Below are positions 21,337 through 32,646 of a stretch of DNA of 64,000 nt, one piece after another. The notes below the pieces were generated by a model. The model saw nothing but the letters and a program-made list of their open reading frames with translations, did not search any database and had not been told where the DNA came from. The translations under genes were made by a program, and so were the position numbers. The number at the start of each line of letters is the position of its first letter. Position 1 is the first letter of the stretch. Source of the stretch: Planctomycetota bacterium (GTDB taxonomy: Bacteria; Planctomycetota; UBA1135; UBA2386). The stretch spans positions 2,464,001-2,528,000 of the forward strand of contig JBKAGP010000001.1 of NCBI GenBank assembly GCA_046290465.1. The letters are read 5' to 3'.

Positions 21337-22502
21337 GCGAGGAGGCCGCGCGCGATGACCAGGCGCTGGATGTCGGTGGCGCCTTCGTAGATCTCGGTGA
21401 TGCGCGCGTCGCGCAACAGGCGCTCGGCCGCGCTGGCGCCGCTGGCGCCCTTCTGGCCGAGGATCGAGACCGCCGCCCGCGCCGCGCGGTTGGCGAGACG
21501 CGACGTGGTCGACTTGGCCATCGCGGCCTCGGTGCCGCAGCGTTCGCCGGCATCGCGCATGACCGCCGCACGCCAGGTCAAGAACCGGTAGGCGTCGAGC
21601 TCCGACGCGAGGTCGGCGAGCTCCCACTGGTCGGGCTGCGAACTGTTCGGACGACCCTTGTGGTCGACCTGGGCGCCGAGGTGCTCCTTGATCAGGTCGA
21701 TCGAGGCGCGCGCGATGCCGAGCGCCTGCGAGGCGATGCCGAGGCGGCCGCCGTCGAGCGTGTCGAGCGCGATCGTGAAGCCCTGGCCCTCCTCGGCGAG
21801 CAGGCAGTCGGCCGGGACCTTGACGTCCTCGAGCACGATCTCGGTCGTCGGCGAGCCCTTCAGGCCGAGCTTGCGCTCCTTCTTGCCGACGCTGACACCC
21901 GGCAGCGAACCCTCGACGACGAACGCCGAGATGCCCTTGACGCGATCCTCACCGGTGCGCGCGAACACGACGAACAGGTCCGCCTCGCTGCCGGTCGTGA
22001 TCCACAGCTTGGCGCCGTTCATCACGTAGTGGTCGCCGTCCTTCTTGGCCTCGCAGCGCAGCGCCGCCGCGTCCGAACCGGAGAACGCCTCGCTCAGGCA
22101 GTAGGCGCCGAGCCACTCGCCGGTGACCATCTTCGGGAACCAGCGCTTCTTCTGCTCCTCGTTGCACCACTTGCCGAGCAGCGAGTTCACCAGCGAGTTG
22201 TGCACGCTGATGGTCACGCCGGTCGACACGCAGACCGAGTTGATCTCCTCGAGCATCACGCAGCTGGCGAGGTTGCCGAGGTCGGTGCCGCCGTATTCCT
22301 TGGCGACGGTCGTGCACAGCAGGCCTTCCTTGGCGGCGGCCGCGACGGCCTCCTTCGGGAACTTCGTCTCGCGGTCGTAGACGGCCGCGTCCTTCAGGTT
22401 GGCCTCGCAGTAGGCGCGGATCTTCTGCTGGAACTCGACGAGTTCCGGCGAGAGGCGGAAGTCGGAGACCTGCACTCCGGCGCCGGTGGTGGTCGTGGTC
22501 AT
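21333..22502 (-). CDS. Acyl-CoA dehydrogenase
   Basis: YCLSEAFSGSD, GAKLWIT, KLGLKGSPT, LDGGRLGIA, RITEIYEG. Confidence 0.92.
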   Translation of the reverse strand: MTTTTTGAGVQVSDFRLSPELVEFQQKIRAYCEANLKDAAVYDRETKFPKEAVAAAAKEGLLCTTVAKEYGGTDLGNLASCVMLEEINSVCVSTGVTISVHNSLVNSLLGKWCNEEQKKRWFPKMVTGEWLGAYCLSEAFSGSDAAALRCEAKKDGDHYVMNGAKLWITTGSEADLFVVFARTGEDRVKGISAFVVEGSLPGVSVGKKERKLGLKGSPTTEIVLEDVKVPADCLLAEEGQGFTIALDTLDGGRLGIASQALGIARASIDLIKEHLGAQVDHKGRPNSSQPDQWELADLASELDAYRFLTWRAAVMRDAGERCGTEAAMAKSTTSRLANRAARAAVSILGQKGASGASAAERLLRDARITEIYEGATDIQRLVIARGLLA

Positions 22503-22506
22503 GCTG

Positions 22507-23388
<882 letters not shown>

Positions 23389-23405
23389 TGGTCTCTCTCG
23401 ATGGC

Positions 23406-24590
23406 TCAGATGCGCTCGACGCCCATGACGACCGCGTTGCCGCCGCCGAGGCACAGGCCGGCGATGCCGGTGGTCTTGTCGTGGCGCTGCAGGGCGTGCA
23501 GCAGCGTCACCAGCACGCGCGTGCCCGAGCAGCCGATCGGGTGGCCGAGCGCGACGGCGCCGCCGTGCACGTTCCACTTCGCCGGGTCGGCCTCGAGCTG
23601 GCGCTGCAGCGCGACCATCTGCACCGAGAACGCCTCGTTCATCTCGATCAGGTCGAAGTCGCCGACACCGACGTTGAGCAGCGAGCACAGCTTCTTGGTC
23701 GCGACCTCCGGGGCCATCATCACCCACTCGGGCGCCAGGCCGCCGGTGGCGTAGCCCATGATGCGCGCGATCGGCTTGAGGCCGTGCGCCTTGGCGAAGT
23801 CCTCGTCGCAGACGATCGTCGCGGCGGCGCCGTCGTTGATCGAGCTGGCGTTGCCGGCGGTCACGGTGCCGCCGTCGCGCTTGAACGCGGGACGCAGCTT
23901 CGCCAGCGCCTCGGGCGTCGAGTCGGCGCGCGGGCCGTCGTCCTTGCAGAACTGGATCGGGTCCTTCTTCCGCTGCGGCACCTCGACCTGGAAGATCTCG
24001 TCGTCGAACGCGCCGGACTGCTGGGCCGCGACCGCCTTCTTGTGGCTGTCGGCGGCATACGCGTCCTGCTCCTCACGGGTCACGCCGTACTTCTCGGCGA
24101 CCAGCTCGCCGGTGTTGCCCATGTGGAAGTCGTTGTAGTGGTCCCACAGGCCGTCCCAGACGATGCCGTCGAGCGCCTGGCTGTGGCCGAGGCGGGCACC
24201 GGCGCGGGCCTGCGGCAGCAGGTAGGGCGTGTTGGTCATCGACTCCATGCCCCCGGCGACGGCGCACTTCAGGTCGCCGGCCTTGATCGCCTGCGCGGCG
24301 AGCATCACGGTCTTGAGGCCCGAGCCGCAGACCTTGTTGATGGTGACCGCGGCCTGGCTGTCCGGGATGCCGGCGGCGCGCAGGGCCTGGCGGGCCGGGT
24401 TCTGGCCGAGGCCGGCCTGCAGCACGTTGCCCATCAGCACCTCGTCGATCTGCTCGGCCGGCACGCCGCTGCGGCGCAGGGCCTCGGTGACGGCCAGGCC
24501 GCCCAGTTGCGGCGCGGTGAACGGCGAGAGCGCACCCTGGAACTTGGCGATGGCGGTGCGGCAGGCGCTGACGATGACGGGTCGACCCAT
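23406..24590 (-). CDS. Acetyl-CoA C-acetyltransferase (thiolase)
   Basis: [24 protein letters not shown] motifs. Confidence 0.95.
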   Translation of the reverse strand: MGRPVIVSACRTAIAKFQGALSPFTAPQLGGLAVTEALRRSGVPAEQIDEVLMGNVLQAGLGQNPARQALRAAGIPDSQAAVTINKVCGSGLKTVMLAAQAIKAGDLKCAVAGGMESMTNTPYLLPQARAGARLGHSQALDGIVWDGLWDHYNDFHMGNTGELVAEKYGVTREEQDAYAADSHKKAVAAQQSGAFDDEIFQVEVPQRKKDPIQFCKDDGPRADSTPEALAKLRPAFKRDGGTVTAGNASSINDGAAATIVCDEDFAKAHGLKPIARIMGYATGGLAPEWVMMAPEVATKKLCSLLNVGVGDFDLIEMNEAFSVQMVALQRQLEADPAKWNVHGGAVALGHPIGCSGTRVLVTLLHALQRHDKTTGIAGLCLGGGNAVVMGVERI

Positions 24591-24761
24591 GCTGGTTTCG
24601 TGCGTTCGGAGCGGTTTGCGGCCGGGCGACGACGCGATTCGCGGCAGCCCGGTCGGTTCTCGGGGCAAATAGTGTAGCGACCGACAGGGCAACGACCATG
24701 GCCAGGCCGCCTTTCGTGCAACCTGTCGCGATCGCGTCGCGGCGCCACCGGGCCATTCGGC

Positions 24762-25409
24762 CTAGCGGACTTCGTCCCTGTCGGCCTCCGCCGCAAGCTC
24801 CGAAAACACCGAATCCGGCAACCCCTGTCCGAGCCGTGCGAGCGCCCGCCGGTAGCGCTTCGACAGCGCGTCGCGCGTGATCCCGAGGCGCTCGGCGACC
24901 ACCTCGGCGTCCTGCTGCTCGATCCCGCGCAACAGCAGCACCTCGCGGTCGTCGTCCCCCAGTTCGTCGAGCACCTCGCGCACCTTGCAGACGCGCTCGC
25001 GGCGGACGACGCTCGAGACGACTTCGCTGCGCGGACCGGCCAGCGCCTCCGGCGGTGCCGCCGCCGGCAGCGCATCGAGCGACGCCGTCGCGCGGCGGAC
25101 CTCGCGTCGCAGCAGGTTGCGGACCTTGCCGAGGATCGTGCTGCTGAGGAACTTCAGCAACACCGGCGTCAACCGGCCGTCGCGCGGTTCGACCCCGGCC
25201 AGCCGCGGCAGCAGCACCATCCACGCCTCCTGCACCACGTCGCGCGGATCGTGGCAGCGGCGCAGCACCGGCCCCATCCGCCAGTCCGCCTGCGCGACCA
25301 GCAGCGGCGTCAGCCGTTCGACCAACCACGCCACGCTGCCGTCGTCGCCGTCGGCGGCGCGGCGCGCGTGCAGGGTGGTCAGGGCTCCGGGGTCGGGCAC
25401 GTCCGTCAT
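24762..25409 (-). CDS. ECF sigma factor
   Basis: DVVQEAW region 2; LDELGDDDREVLLLR..VAERLGIT region 4. Confidence 0.85.
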   Translation of the reverse strand: MTDVPDPGALTTLHARRAADGDDGSVAWLVERLTPLLVAQADWRMGPVLRRCHDPRDVVQEAWMVLLPRLAGVEPRDGRLTPVLLKFLSSTILGKVRNLLRREVRRATASLDALPAAAPPEALAGPRSEVVSSVVRRERVCKVREVLDELGDDDREVLLLRGIEQQDAEVVAERLGITRDALSKRYRRALARLGQGLPDSVFSELAAEADRDEVR

Positions 25410-25419
25410 CGTGTTCGGT

Positions 25420-28080
25420 TCACTTGCCGTAGCGCTCGGCCAATGCGGCGAAGTCGGCGCGCTGACGGAACACGTCCATCTCTGCGAGACCGAACAGCTG
25501 CGGACGAAGGCTACCATCCGCGGCCGCCGCGCGGACCAGTGCGACAACCTCGCCACCCAGCTCGTCGAGAACCCCGTCGAGCCCCGCCACCCGCGCGGCC
25601 TCGGCGCAGTGCGCCAGCGCCACGACCACGCTCATGCGTCCCTGCACCGGCTGTCGGTCGAGCAGGCGCCGGGCGGCGGTGGCCGCCGCGTCGAGGTCGT
25701 GCAGGCGCAGCTGGGCGAACACGAGCTCCCGGGTCAGCGTGCGCAGGTACGAACGCGACGTCTGGTCGCTCGGCTCCACCTGCAGCGCGGTCTCGAGCGC
25801 GGTGCGCGCGTCGACCAGCAGCGCGACCACGGCCTCGTCGTCGACGGTGCCGCGGCGTGCGATCGCGAGGTTGCAGAGCGCGCCGCCGAGGGCACCGTGC
25901 AGCGTCGAGGACGGCGGCGTCGTCGAGACCAGCGCGCGGAAGCCGTCGACCGCCTCGACGAACGCAGCCTCGCCCTCGGCCCTGCGCTCCAGCTTCATCC
26001 GCGCCACACCGAGGGAGTTGACCGCCTCGAACCGTCGGAAGCGCAGGCTGCGCTGGCCCGGGTGCCGTTCGAGGCCGTCGTCGAACACGCCGATCGCCTC
26101 GTCGAGCGCGCGCACGGCGAGGTCCGGTCGGCCGGTCCCGCGCATCGCGTCCCCGAACTGCGACAGCGCCGAGCCGAGCATCAGGTAGGCGACGGCCTGG
26201 TCGGGCCAGAGCTGCAGCAGCCGGCGGCTCAGCTCGACGCGCTGCTGGATACGCACCAGGGACTCCTGACCGCGCTTGCGCAGCAGCAGCACGCGACCGA
26301 GGTTGCCGAGCACCGGCACCGTCGCGGAGATCAGCGGACCGTTGTCCTGATCGCCCCGCGCCGCGACCAGCAGCTCGTCGGCGACCCGGGTCAGTTCGTC
26401 GAGCACGTCCTCGCCGGCCCGCGCGTCGAGCATCAGGATCTGCCCGCGCGCGACCAGCGTGTGCCAGCGCGACAACTCGACGCGCGAGCCGCGGTCGCGC
26501 GCGGCGACGTCGGCGAACCCGTCGCGCGCCAGCTCGGCGTGGTGACGGGCGGCGGCCACGTCGCCGAGTTCGCTGTGCAGGCTCGACAGCCGGAGGTGGC
26601 TGAGCGCGACGAAGTAGCGCAGGCGCGGCTGGTCGCCGCGCAGCTCGACGAACCGCTCGAAGTAGTCGTTCGCCTTCTGCAGCAGCTTGCGCCGGACGGG
26701 GTCCGAGCCGTCCCCGACGTTGGCGCCGTGCAGGCCGATCGCGCCGAGCAGTTCGTCGCCGGCGCGGATCGCGAGTTCGAAGTTCTCCTCGGCCTCGACC
26801 ATGCGATCGCCGGCCTCGCGCGCGTGCACGACGCTGGTGACGAGGCCACCCGACAGCGCCACCAACGCGACCAGCATGGCGCCGGCGGCGAGCGCGTTCC
26901 GGCGTCCCCACTTGCACAGCGTCGAGAACCAGCCGCCCGCGTGCGCGCGGACGACGCGCGACTCGAGGAACGCGCGCAGGTCCTCGGCGAGCTCGCTGGC
27001 AGACGCGTAGCGACGCCGCGGATCGCGCTGCATCGCACGTTCGCAGATGCTGACCAGCTCGGCGGGCAGCGTCCGGCCGCGACGCGGCAGCGCCGCCGGC
27101 GGCCCGTCGAGCACCCGCGCCAGCGTCTCCTTGGTGCCACGCGTCTCGTCGGCCCCCAGGAACGGCGGGTGTCCGGCCAGCAGCTGGTAGAGCATCGCGC
27201 CCAGCGAATAGACGTCGCTGGGCGGACCGACGGCGTCGAGTTCGCCGCGAGCCTGCTCGGGGGCCATGTAGGCGGGGGTCCCGACGACCTCGCCGTCGGC
27301 CGTTCGCAGCAGGTCGTCTCGCAGACCACTGAGCGGCGAACCGTCGGCCGTGCCCGGCTCGCCGCTCGCGCCGAGCTCGTCGCCGGACATCCGCGCCAGC
27401 CCCCAGTCGACGACGTAGGTGGCGCCGTCGGTGCCGACCATCACGTTGGCCGGCTTGAGGTCGCGGTGCACGACCCCGCGCGCATGGGCGTGCGCGACCG
27501 CCTCGCAAACGCGGGCCAGCACGCCGACCGCACGCACCAGGGTCCAACGCGGATCGCCGGCCACCATCGCCGCCGCGACCCGCTGCAGGTCGAAGCCCTC
27601 GACGACCGGCATCGTGAAGTACGGCATGCCGCCGGCATCGAGTCCGATCTCGTGCACGGTCACGATCCCGGGGTGCTGCAGGCGCGCGAGCACCTTGGCT
27701 TCGTGCAGGAACCGCCGCAGGCGCCGCGGAGACGGCGCGACCCCGTCGGTCGCGAGCGACTTCATCGCGACGTCCCGGCCGAGCGCCGGGTCGAAGCAAC
27801 GCACGACGCGCCCCATGCCGCCGCGGCCGATCTCGCCGCGTAGCTGGTAGCGTTCGGCGCGTCCGGGCAGGGCGGCGTCCTCGGGCGACCCGGGGCCGCC
27901 GACGTCGTGCCGCACCGCCGCGAACTCGGCGGCGACGGCCGCCTCGTGCCCCGGGAACATGGCCTGGTACTCGGCCAGGTCGCGGGTGCGTCCGGTCGTC
28001 TGGTCGTCGAGGTAGACCTGCAGGAACTCGACGGCGACCGCGGAGGACGGGTCGCCGGCGGGCGGTTGGGGGCTGGGCAT
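25420..28080 (-). CDS. Ser/Thr protein kinase with TM helix and TPR-like C-terminus
   Basis: GRGGMG, VAMK, HRDLKPAN, DWG, GTPAYMAPEQ, DVYSLG. Confidence 0.93.
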   Translation of the reverse strand: MPSPQPPAGDPSSAVAVEFLQVYLDDQTTGRTRDLAEYQAMFPGHEAAVAAEFAAVRHDVGGPGSPEDAALPGRAERYQLRGEIGRGGMGRVVRCFDPALGRDVAMKSLATDGVAPSPRRLRRFLHEAKVLARLQHPGIVTVHEIGLDAGGMPYFTMPVVEGFDLQRVAAAMVAGDPRWTLVRAVGVLARVCEAVAHAHARGVVHRDLKPANVMVGTDGATYVVDWGLARMSGDELGASGEPGTADGSPLSGLRDDLLRTADGEVVGTPAYMAPEQARGELDAVGPPSDVYSLGAMLYQLLAGHPPFLGADETRGTKETLARVLDGPPAALPRRGRTLPAELVSICERAMQRDPRRRYASASELAEDLRAFLESRVVRAHAGGWFSTLCKWGRRNALAAGAMLVALVALSGGLVTSVVHAREAGDRMVEAEENFELAIRAGDELLGAIGLHGANVGDGSDPVRRKLLQKANDYFERFVELRGDQPRLRYFVALSHLRLSSLHSELGDVAAARHHAELARDGFADVAARDRGSRVELSRWHTLVARGQILMLDARAGEDVLDELTRVADELLVAARGDQDNGPLISATVPVLGNLGRVLLLRKRGQESLVRIQQRVELSRRLLQLWPDQAVAYLMLGSALSQFGDAMRGTGRPDLAVRALDEAIGVFDDGLERHPGQRSLRFRRFEAVNSLGVARMKLERRAEGEAAFVEAVDGFRALVSTTPPSSTLHGALGGALCNLAIARRGTVDDEAVVALLVDARTALETALQVEPSDQTSRSYLRTLTRELVFAQLRLHDLDAAATAARRLLDRQPVQGRMSVVVALAHCAEAARVAGLDGVLDELGGEVVALVRAAAADGSLRPQLFGLAEMDVFRQRADFAALAERYGK

Positions 28081-28201
28081 GGGGCGAGGTTCGGGAGGGT
28101 TCCGAGGCCCCAGTGTCGCATCCCCCGCGCCGAGGACAGGCCCGGCGGCAGAAATTCGCAGCGAGCTGTCCATGCGCAGCCGGTCGCGACACCGGCAGAG
28201 C

Positions 28202-30337
28202 ATGAACCTCCCCCACCTCCGCCTCCTCCTCCCGCTGCTGGCCGCGCTCGGCCTGATCGGCGCCGCGCGCGCCCAGGACGTTCGCGAACTCTCGGTGCCG
28301 ACGGCCCATCAGCAGCTGCTCAACGTCACCCAGGCGACCATCACCGGCGTCGTCAACAGCGGCTACCGGATCGTCGACCTCGAGTACCGCAGCGGCAGCG
28401 GCGCGTCCTCGCGCTTCCACGCAGCCCTGGTGCGCAACACCGGCAGCTATGCGACCAGCTGGTGGTGGTACCACAACCTGTCGGGCAGCCAGGTGCTGAG
28501 CCTTGCCACCAGCAACAACGCGCGCCTGATCGACCTCGAGTCGTACGTCGACTCGAGCGGCAGCCACCGGTTCGCCTGCGTGATGGTCAGCAACACCGGC
28601 GCCAACCAGAAGGCGTGGTGGTTCTACTACAACACGTCGATCAACGGCCTCAGCCAGCAGCTGGCCAACAACAACGCGCGCCTGGTCGACTTCGACGAGT
28701 ACGTCGTCAACGGCGTCACCTACTACCTCGGCGTGATGATCAGCAACACCGGCGCCGACCAGCGCAACTGGTGGTGGTACGTCGACCGCACGCCGGCCCA
28801 ACTGACCTCGCTGATCGGCAGCAACAGCGCGCGCCTCTACGACCTGGACCGCCGCGCGAACGGCAACTGGAACTGCATCATGATCCAGGACGTGCAGCCG
28901 ACCAACTGGCACTGGTGGTACAACGCGACCGCGAGCGACGTCGACTTCCTGGTCAACAACTACGGCGTGCGCCTCATCGACATCGAGTCGTACGTGGTCG
29001 GATTCTCGACGCGCTACGCGCTGCTGACGATCAACAACAGCAACGCGCTGACGACCAGTGTCGGCGCCGCGATGCGCGCCCGCACCGACGGCCAGGTCGG
29101 CTGCTGGCTGCAGGAGATCGGTGGGGCCAACCTCGCCGCGCTCAACAGCGCCACGCCGTTCGAGCCCGCCAGCACCATGAAGACGCTGCACCACGTGCAC
29201 GCGATGCGGCGCGTCGCGATCGGCGCGGTGCCGCTCAACCAGGGCCTGACCGTCTACACCGGCTACTCCGCGATCGACCCGAGCTGCCCGGTCGACGTCA
29301 ACCCGATCTTCCAGGGTCTGCAGACGGTGCTGCAGCTGATGATGGAGAACTCCGACAACGCGCGCACGCAAGCGGTGACGGCCTACTTCGGCCAGGGCGC
29401 GATCAACTCGACGGCGGCCGGGCTCGGCATGTCCGACACCAGCCTCAACCACCGCCTCGGCTGCGGCGCCGTGGCGGTCGCCAACCCCAACCGGACGACG
29501 CTCGCGGACCTGCACGAACTGCACGAGGCGGTCTCGAACGGCTACCTCGGCAGCTACCGCAACACGTTCTACAGCCTGATGCTCGACGACATCGCCGACC
29601 TGGGCGTGGCCGCCATGATCCAGTCCGAGGCCAACCAGCTCGGGCTCTCGGCGGCGACCGTGCAGACGTTCACGAGCTTCGTGCGGCTGGCGCACAAGGG
29701 CGGGGACTACGGCCTGCACAACGGCGGCCCGCTGTGGTTCGAACGCGCCGAGTTCGGCTGGCTGACGCTGCCGTTCGTCAGCGGTGGCGCGATCACCGAG
29801 CGCGAGTACACGTTCGGCGCGTTCGTCAACGACGCCAGCAACGGCCCGGTCGCCAGCGATGCGATCTACGTCGACGCGCTGCCCGGCATGCTGCGTCCGA
29901 CGATCCGCGCCGCGCTGACGACCTGGGGCAACAACCTCGCCGGCGTCGCCAGTCTGGGCTCCGGCTGCGGCAGCCCGCAGCACCTGCAGTCGGTCAGCGG
30001 CCTGCCGCGCATCGGCACGACGCCCGACTACATCGCGGTGCAGGGCTACCCGAGCGCGCTCGGCGCGTTCACGATGGGCCTGTCGGACAGCTGGTGGAAC
30101 GGCGTGCCGCTGCCGGCCTCGCTGGCCGCGATCGGCGGGGAGCCGGGCTGCCAGCTCTACCACGACGTCATCAGCGCGGACTTCTTCGTGTCGACCGCGG
30201 CGGGCGGAACGAGCTTCGCGTTCCCGATCCCCAACGACACCAACCTGCTCGGCTTCGAATACCTGTCGCAGTTCTGGTCGTTCGGCGCCGGCACGCTGAA
30301 GACGAGCAACGCGCTGCGCAGCACGGTCGGGCTCTGA
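28202..30337 (+). CDS. Secreted serine hydrolase (beta-lactamase/PBP fold) with N-terminal Trp-rich tandem repeats
   Basis: Signal peptide; about five ~50-aa repeats (WWxY..ARLxDxxxY); ASTMK (SxxK), SDN and HKGG motifs. Confidence 0.8.
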   Translation: MNLPHLRLLLPLLAALGLIGAARAQDVRELSVPTAHQQLLNVTQATITGVVNSGYRIVDLEYRSGSGASSRFHAALVRNTGSYATSWWWYHNLSGSQVLSLATSNNARLIDLESYVDSSGSHRFACVMVSNTGANQKAWWFYYNTSINGLSQQLANNNARLVDFDEYVVNGVTYYLGVMISNTGADQRNWWWYVDRTPAQLTSLIGSNSARLYDLDRRANGNWNCIMIQDVQPTNWHWWYNATASDVDFLVNNYGVRLIDIESYVVGFSTRYALLTINNSNALTTSVGAAMRARTDGQVGCWLQEIGGANLAALNSATPFEPASTMKTLHHVHAMRRVAIGAVPLNQGLTVYTGYSAIDPSCPVDVNPIFQGLQTVLQLMMENSDNARTQAVTAYFGQGAINSTAAGLGMSDTSLNHRLGCGAVAVANPNRTTLADLHELHEAVSNGYLGSYRNTFYSLMLDDIADLGVAAMIQSEANQLGLSAATVQTFTSFVRLAHKGGDYGLHNGGPLWFERAEFGWLTLPFVSGGAITEREYTFGAFVNDASNGPVASDAIYVDALPGMLRPTIRAALTTWGNNLAGVASLGSGCGSPQHLQSVSGLPRIGTTPDYIAVQGYPSALGAFTMGLSDSWWNGVPLPASLAAIGGEPGCQLYHDVISADFFVSTAAGGTSFAFPIPNDTNLLGFEYLSQFWSFGAGTLKTSNALRSTVGL

Positions 30338-30416
30338 GCGCCCTGGGGCCGGTTACGGGGCCTGGGCGCGGGGGGCTGGACGCGGGGGGCTCCGAGGCCC
30401 TGCGGCGAAAGAAATG

Positions 30417-30445
30417 CGGCCCGTCGGACCAGGTCCGACGGGCCG
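30417..30445. terminator. Hairpin, probable bidirectional terminator
   Basis: CGGCCCGTCGGACC-A-GGTCCGACGGGCCG, flanked by an A-rich and a T-rich side, between a convergent gene and the tRNA. Confidence 0.75.
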
Positions 30446-30454
30446 TTTTCCGTC

Positions 30455-30530
<76 letters not shown>

Positions 30531-30576
30531 GTAGGGGGGCGGCTACGCTAGCGAGTCGAAGCCCCTCGGTAAAGGG

Positions 30577-31695
30577 TCAGCGTGCGAGGAATTCGAGCGG
30601 GCCCGGACGCGGCAGACCGCGCATCTCGAAGGCGGTCAGTTCGGCCCTTCCGGACGGGAACGCCCACTCGGCCGACGCCTCGCGCAACAGCCGACCATCC
30701 GCCCCGGCGGTCAGCACACCGCGCACCGCCAGCGGCCCGCAGACGATCGCGCGAGACTCCAGCCGCAGTTCGCCCGCGACCAGCAGGGCCGCATCGCAGC
30801 GCAGGATCCGGTCGCAGCCGGGCGAACCGAGTCGCACACCGCCGCCGCCTTCGACCGCGCCGACGAACTGCACCGCGTCGACCAGGGTGTCGCCCGGGGA
30901 CCACCCGCCGCTGCCGTCGAGGTCGCGGAACACGACGTCGCCGTCCGACCGCTGCGTCAGCACCACCAGGCGCCCGGCGCCGCGCACGCGCAGCGACGCG
31001 CGCAGGTAGACGTTGCCGTGCACGACCACCACCAGGTCGCGCGGCAACTCGAGCGTGCAGTCGCGAACCAACCACAGGTTGCCCGGCACGCGCAGCAGGC
31101 CAGCGTCGACCGAGAACGGTCCCGGCGGCGGCTCGAGCACGTAGTCCTCCCGGTCCGTGCCCGACGAGAACGTGCGCAACGCGACCTCGGGGTCGCGGCG
31201 CAGGCCGAGCAGGCGGGTCGCGCACGCCGCGGTGCGCAGGGCTTCGGCGCGCAGCCGCGGCCAACGGCCCGCCGGCAGCCGGACGGCGCCGTCGAGCGCC
31301 TCGATCACCTCGTCGCCGCAGGCCGATCGCTGCACCGAGAGCGCCCGCGGCGAGTCCCCGGGGAGCATCGCGGCGACGACGCCGACCTGCTGGTCGCCCC
31401 CCACCGTGGTCACACGCAGGCGTTCTCCCAGCGTGTCGACCTCGTAGGTGCGCGCGCCGACCTCGACGCGGCGCGGCAGCGGCAGGCCGGGAGCGTGCGC
31501 GAGCAGCGCGGTGTCGGCCGCGAGCACGAGACGGGCGCGCTCGACGCGTTGCTGCACGGCGACGGCGTCGCGCACCAGACCGACGTGGCGGACGACCAGG
31601 GCGGACGCACACAGCAGCGCCGACAGGGTCACCAGCAGTGCCGGCGAGACCGCGCGCAGCGTGCAGGCCAGCAACGACGGGCGAGGCGCGTTCAC
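30577..31695 (-). CDS. Hypothetical exported protein (N-terminal TM, beta-rich C-terminus, loosely PilX-like)
   Basis: 372-aa ORF, hydrophobic N-terminus, overlaps the upstream stop. Confidence 0.55.
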   Translation of the reverse strand: MNAPRPSLLACTLRAVSPALLVTLSALLCASALVVRHVGLVRDAVAVQQRVERARLVLAADTALLAHAPGLPLPRRVEVGARTYEVDTLGERLRVTTVGGDQQVGVVAAMLPGDSPRALSVQRSACGDEVIEALDGAVRLPAGRWPRLRAEALRTAACATRLLGLRRDPEVALRTFSSGTDREDYVLEPPPGPFSVDAGLLRVPGNLWLVRDCTLELPRDLVVVVHGNVYLRASLRVRGAGRLVVLTQRSDGDVVFRDLDGSGGWSPGDTLVDAVQFVGAVEGGGGVRLGSPGCDRILRCDAALLVAGELRLESRAIVCGPLAVRGVLTAGADGRLLREASAEWAFPSGRAELTAFEMRGLPRPGPLEFLAR

Positions 31696-32018
31696 CGCGG
31701 CAGCACCTCCGCGAGCGGGTCCGGCGCGTCACCGCCGCCGGCGAACACCAGGAACACCGCGTCCCCGCGCCGTTCGGCGTCGAGGCGCATGCCATCGAAC
31801 AGCGACTCCAGCTCCCCGAGTTCTGCTCGGGTCGGCAGGGCGCCGCCGCGACAACGGGCGCGGATCCCGTCGAGGCGATCGAGCGCCACCTGACGTTCGC
31901 AGAGGGTGCGGTGCGCGGCTGCCTGGCGCTGCAGGACGACGCCGCCGATCGCGAGCAGGGTCGCCGCCGCCGACATCGTGACGGCGGCCATGCGAGCCCG
32001 CCCTGCCAGTCGGCTCAT
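31692..32018 (-). CDS. Hypothetical protein with N-terminal hydrophobic helix
   Basis: ATGA-coupled to the upstream gene; 108 aa. Confidence 0.5.
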   Translation of the reverse strand: MSRLAGRARMAAVTMSAAATLLAIGGVVLQRQAAAHRTLCERQVALDRLDGIRARCRGGALPTRAELGELESLFDGMRLDAERRGDAVFLVFAGGGDAPDPLAEVLPR

Positions 32019-32425
32019 GCGTCGTCCCCCTCGAGATCGAACACGTCCCGGTCGATGCGCGCGCCGTCGGGCGGGTTGCGGTTGAGCCACTCGAGCAGAT
32101 CGTTGCATTCGTGCACGAGCCGGCCGAGCGGTTCGCCGCGGCGTCGCGCGATGCGAAACCCGACATCGCCGGCGCGGATCCGCTGCATCGCGAGACGCAC
32201 CTGTTGCTCGGGACGGCGGAAGCGGCGCACGATGTTGGCGACCTCGACGAGCAGCGCGATGGCGGCGGCAACGACCAGCGCGACCGCCCAGATCCACAAC
32301 GCGTCGGCGCCGCGAGGCCCGGTCTGGCCGTGCACCGCGGACTGCAGGTGGGCCACCATCGCGGCGCCGAACAGCGCGGCGACGACGCACAGCAGCAGGA
32401 TCGCGGCGACGCGCAGCGACTGCAT
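32015..32425 (-). CDS. Small two-TM HAMP-domain protein
   Basis: Two TM helices, then PEQQVRLAMQRIRAGD..LGRLVHECNDLL (HAMP-like); no output domain. Confidence 0.65.
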   Translation of the reverse strand: MQSLRVAAILLLCVVAALFGAAMVAHLQSAVHGQTGPRGADALWIWAVALVVAAAIALLVEVANIVRRFRRPEQQVRLAMQRIRAGDVGFRIARRRGEPLGRLVHECNDLLEWLNRNPPDGARIDRDVFDLEGDDA

Positions 32426-32646
32426 GGGCCAGCTGTCGACGAGCGAACGCTCGTTGCCAAGGCGAGGGTGGTGACTCGTTGCAGAACTGGACATCGCGTG
32501 CGCTTCCCGTCCCTTCTGCTTCGGTCGTTCCGGCGTGTTCGTTCAGCGACCACGGCAGGGACGTCTCGGACTTGGACGCAAGCTACGTGCCGGTGTCAGC
32601 CGATGGAGGATCCGAACGAGGGGAACTCGCCGAACTGATCAACCAT

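Noticed and set aside
28202..30337. Calling the serine hydrolase an antibiotic-resistance beta-lactamase
   Set aside because: The fold motifs are shared with peptidases and esterases, and the multidomain architecture argues against a classical class A enzyme.
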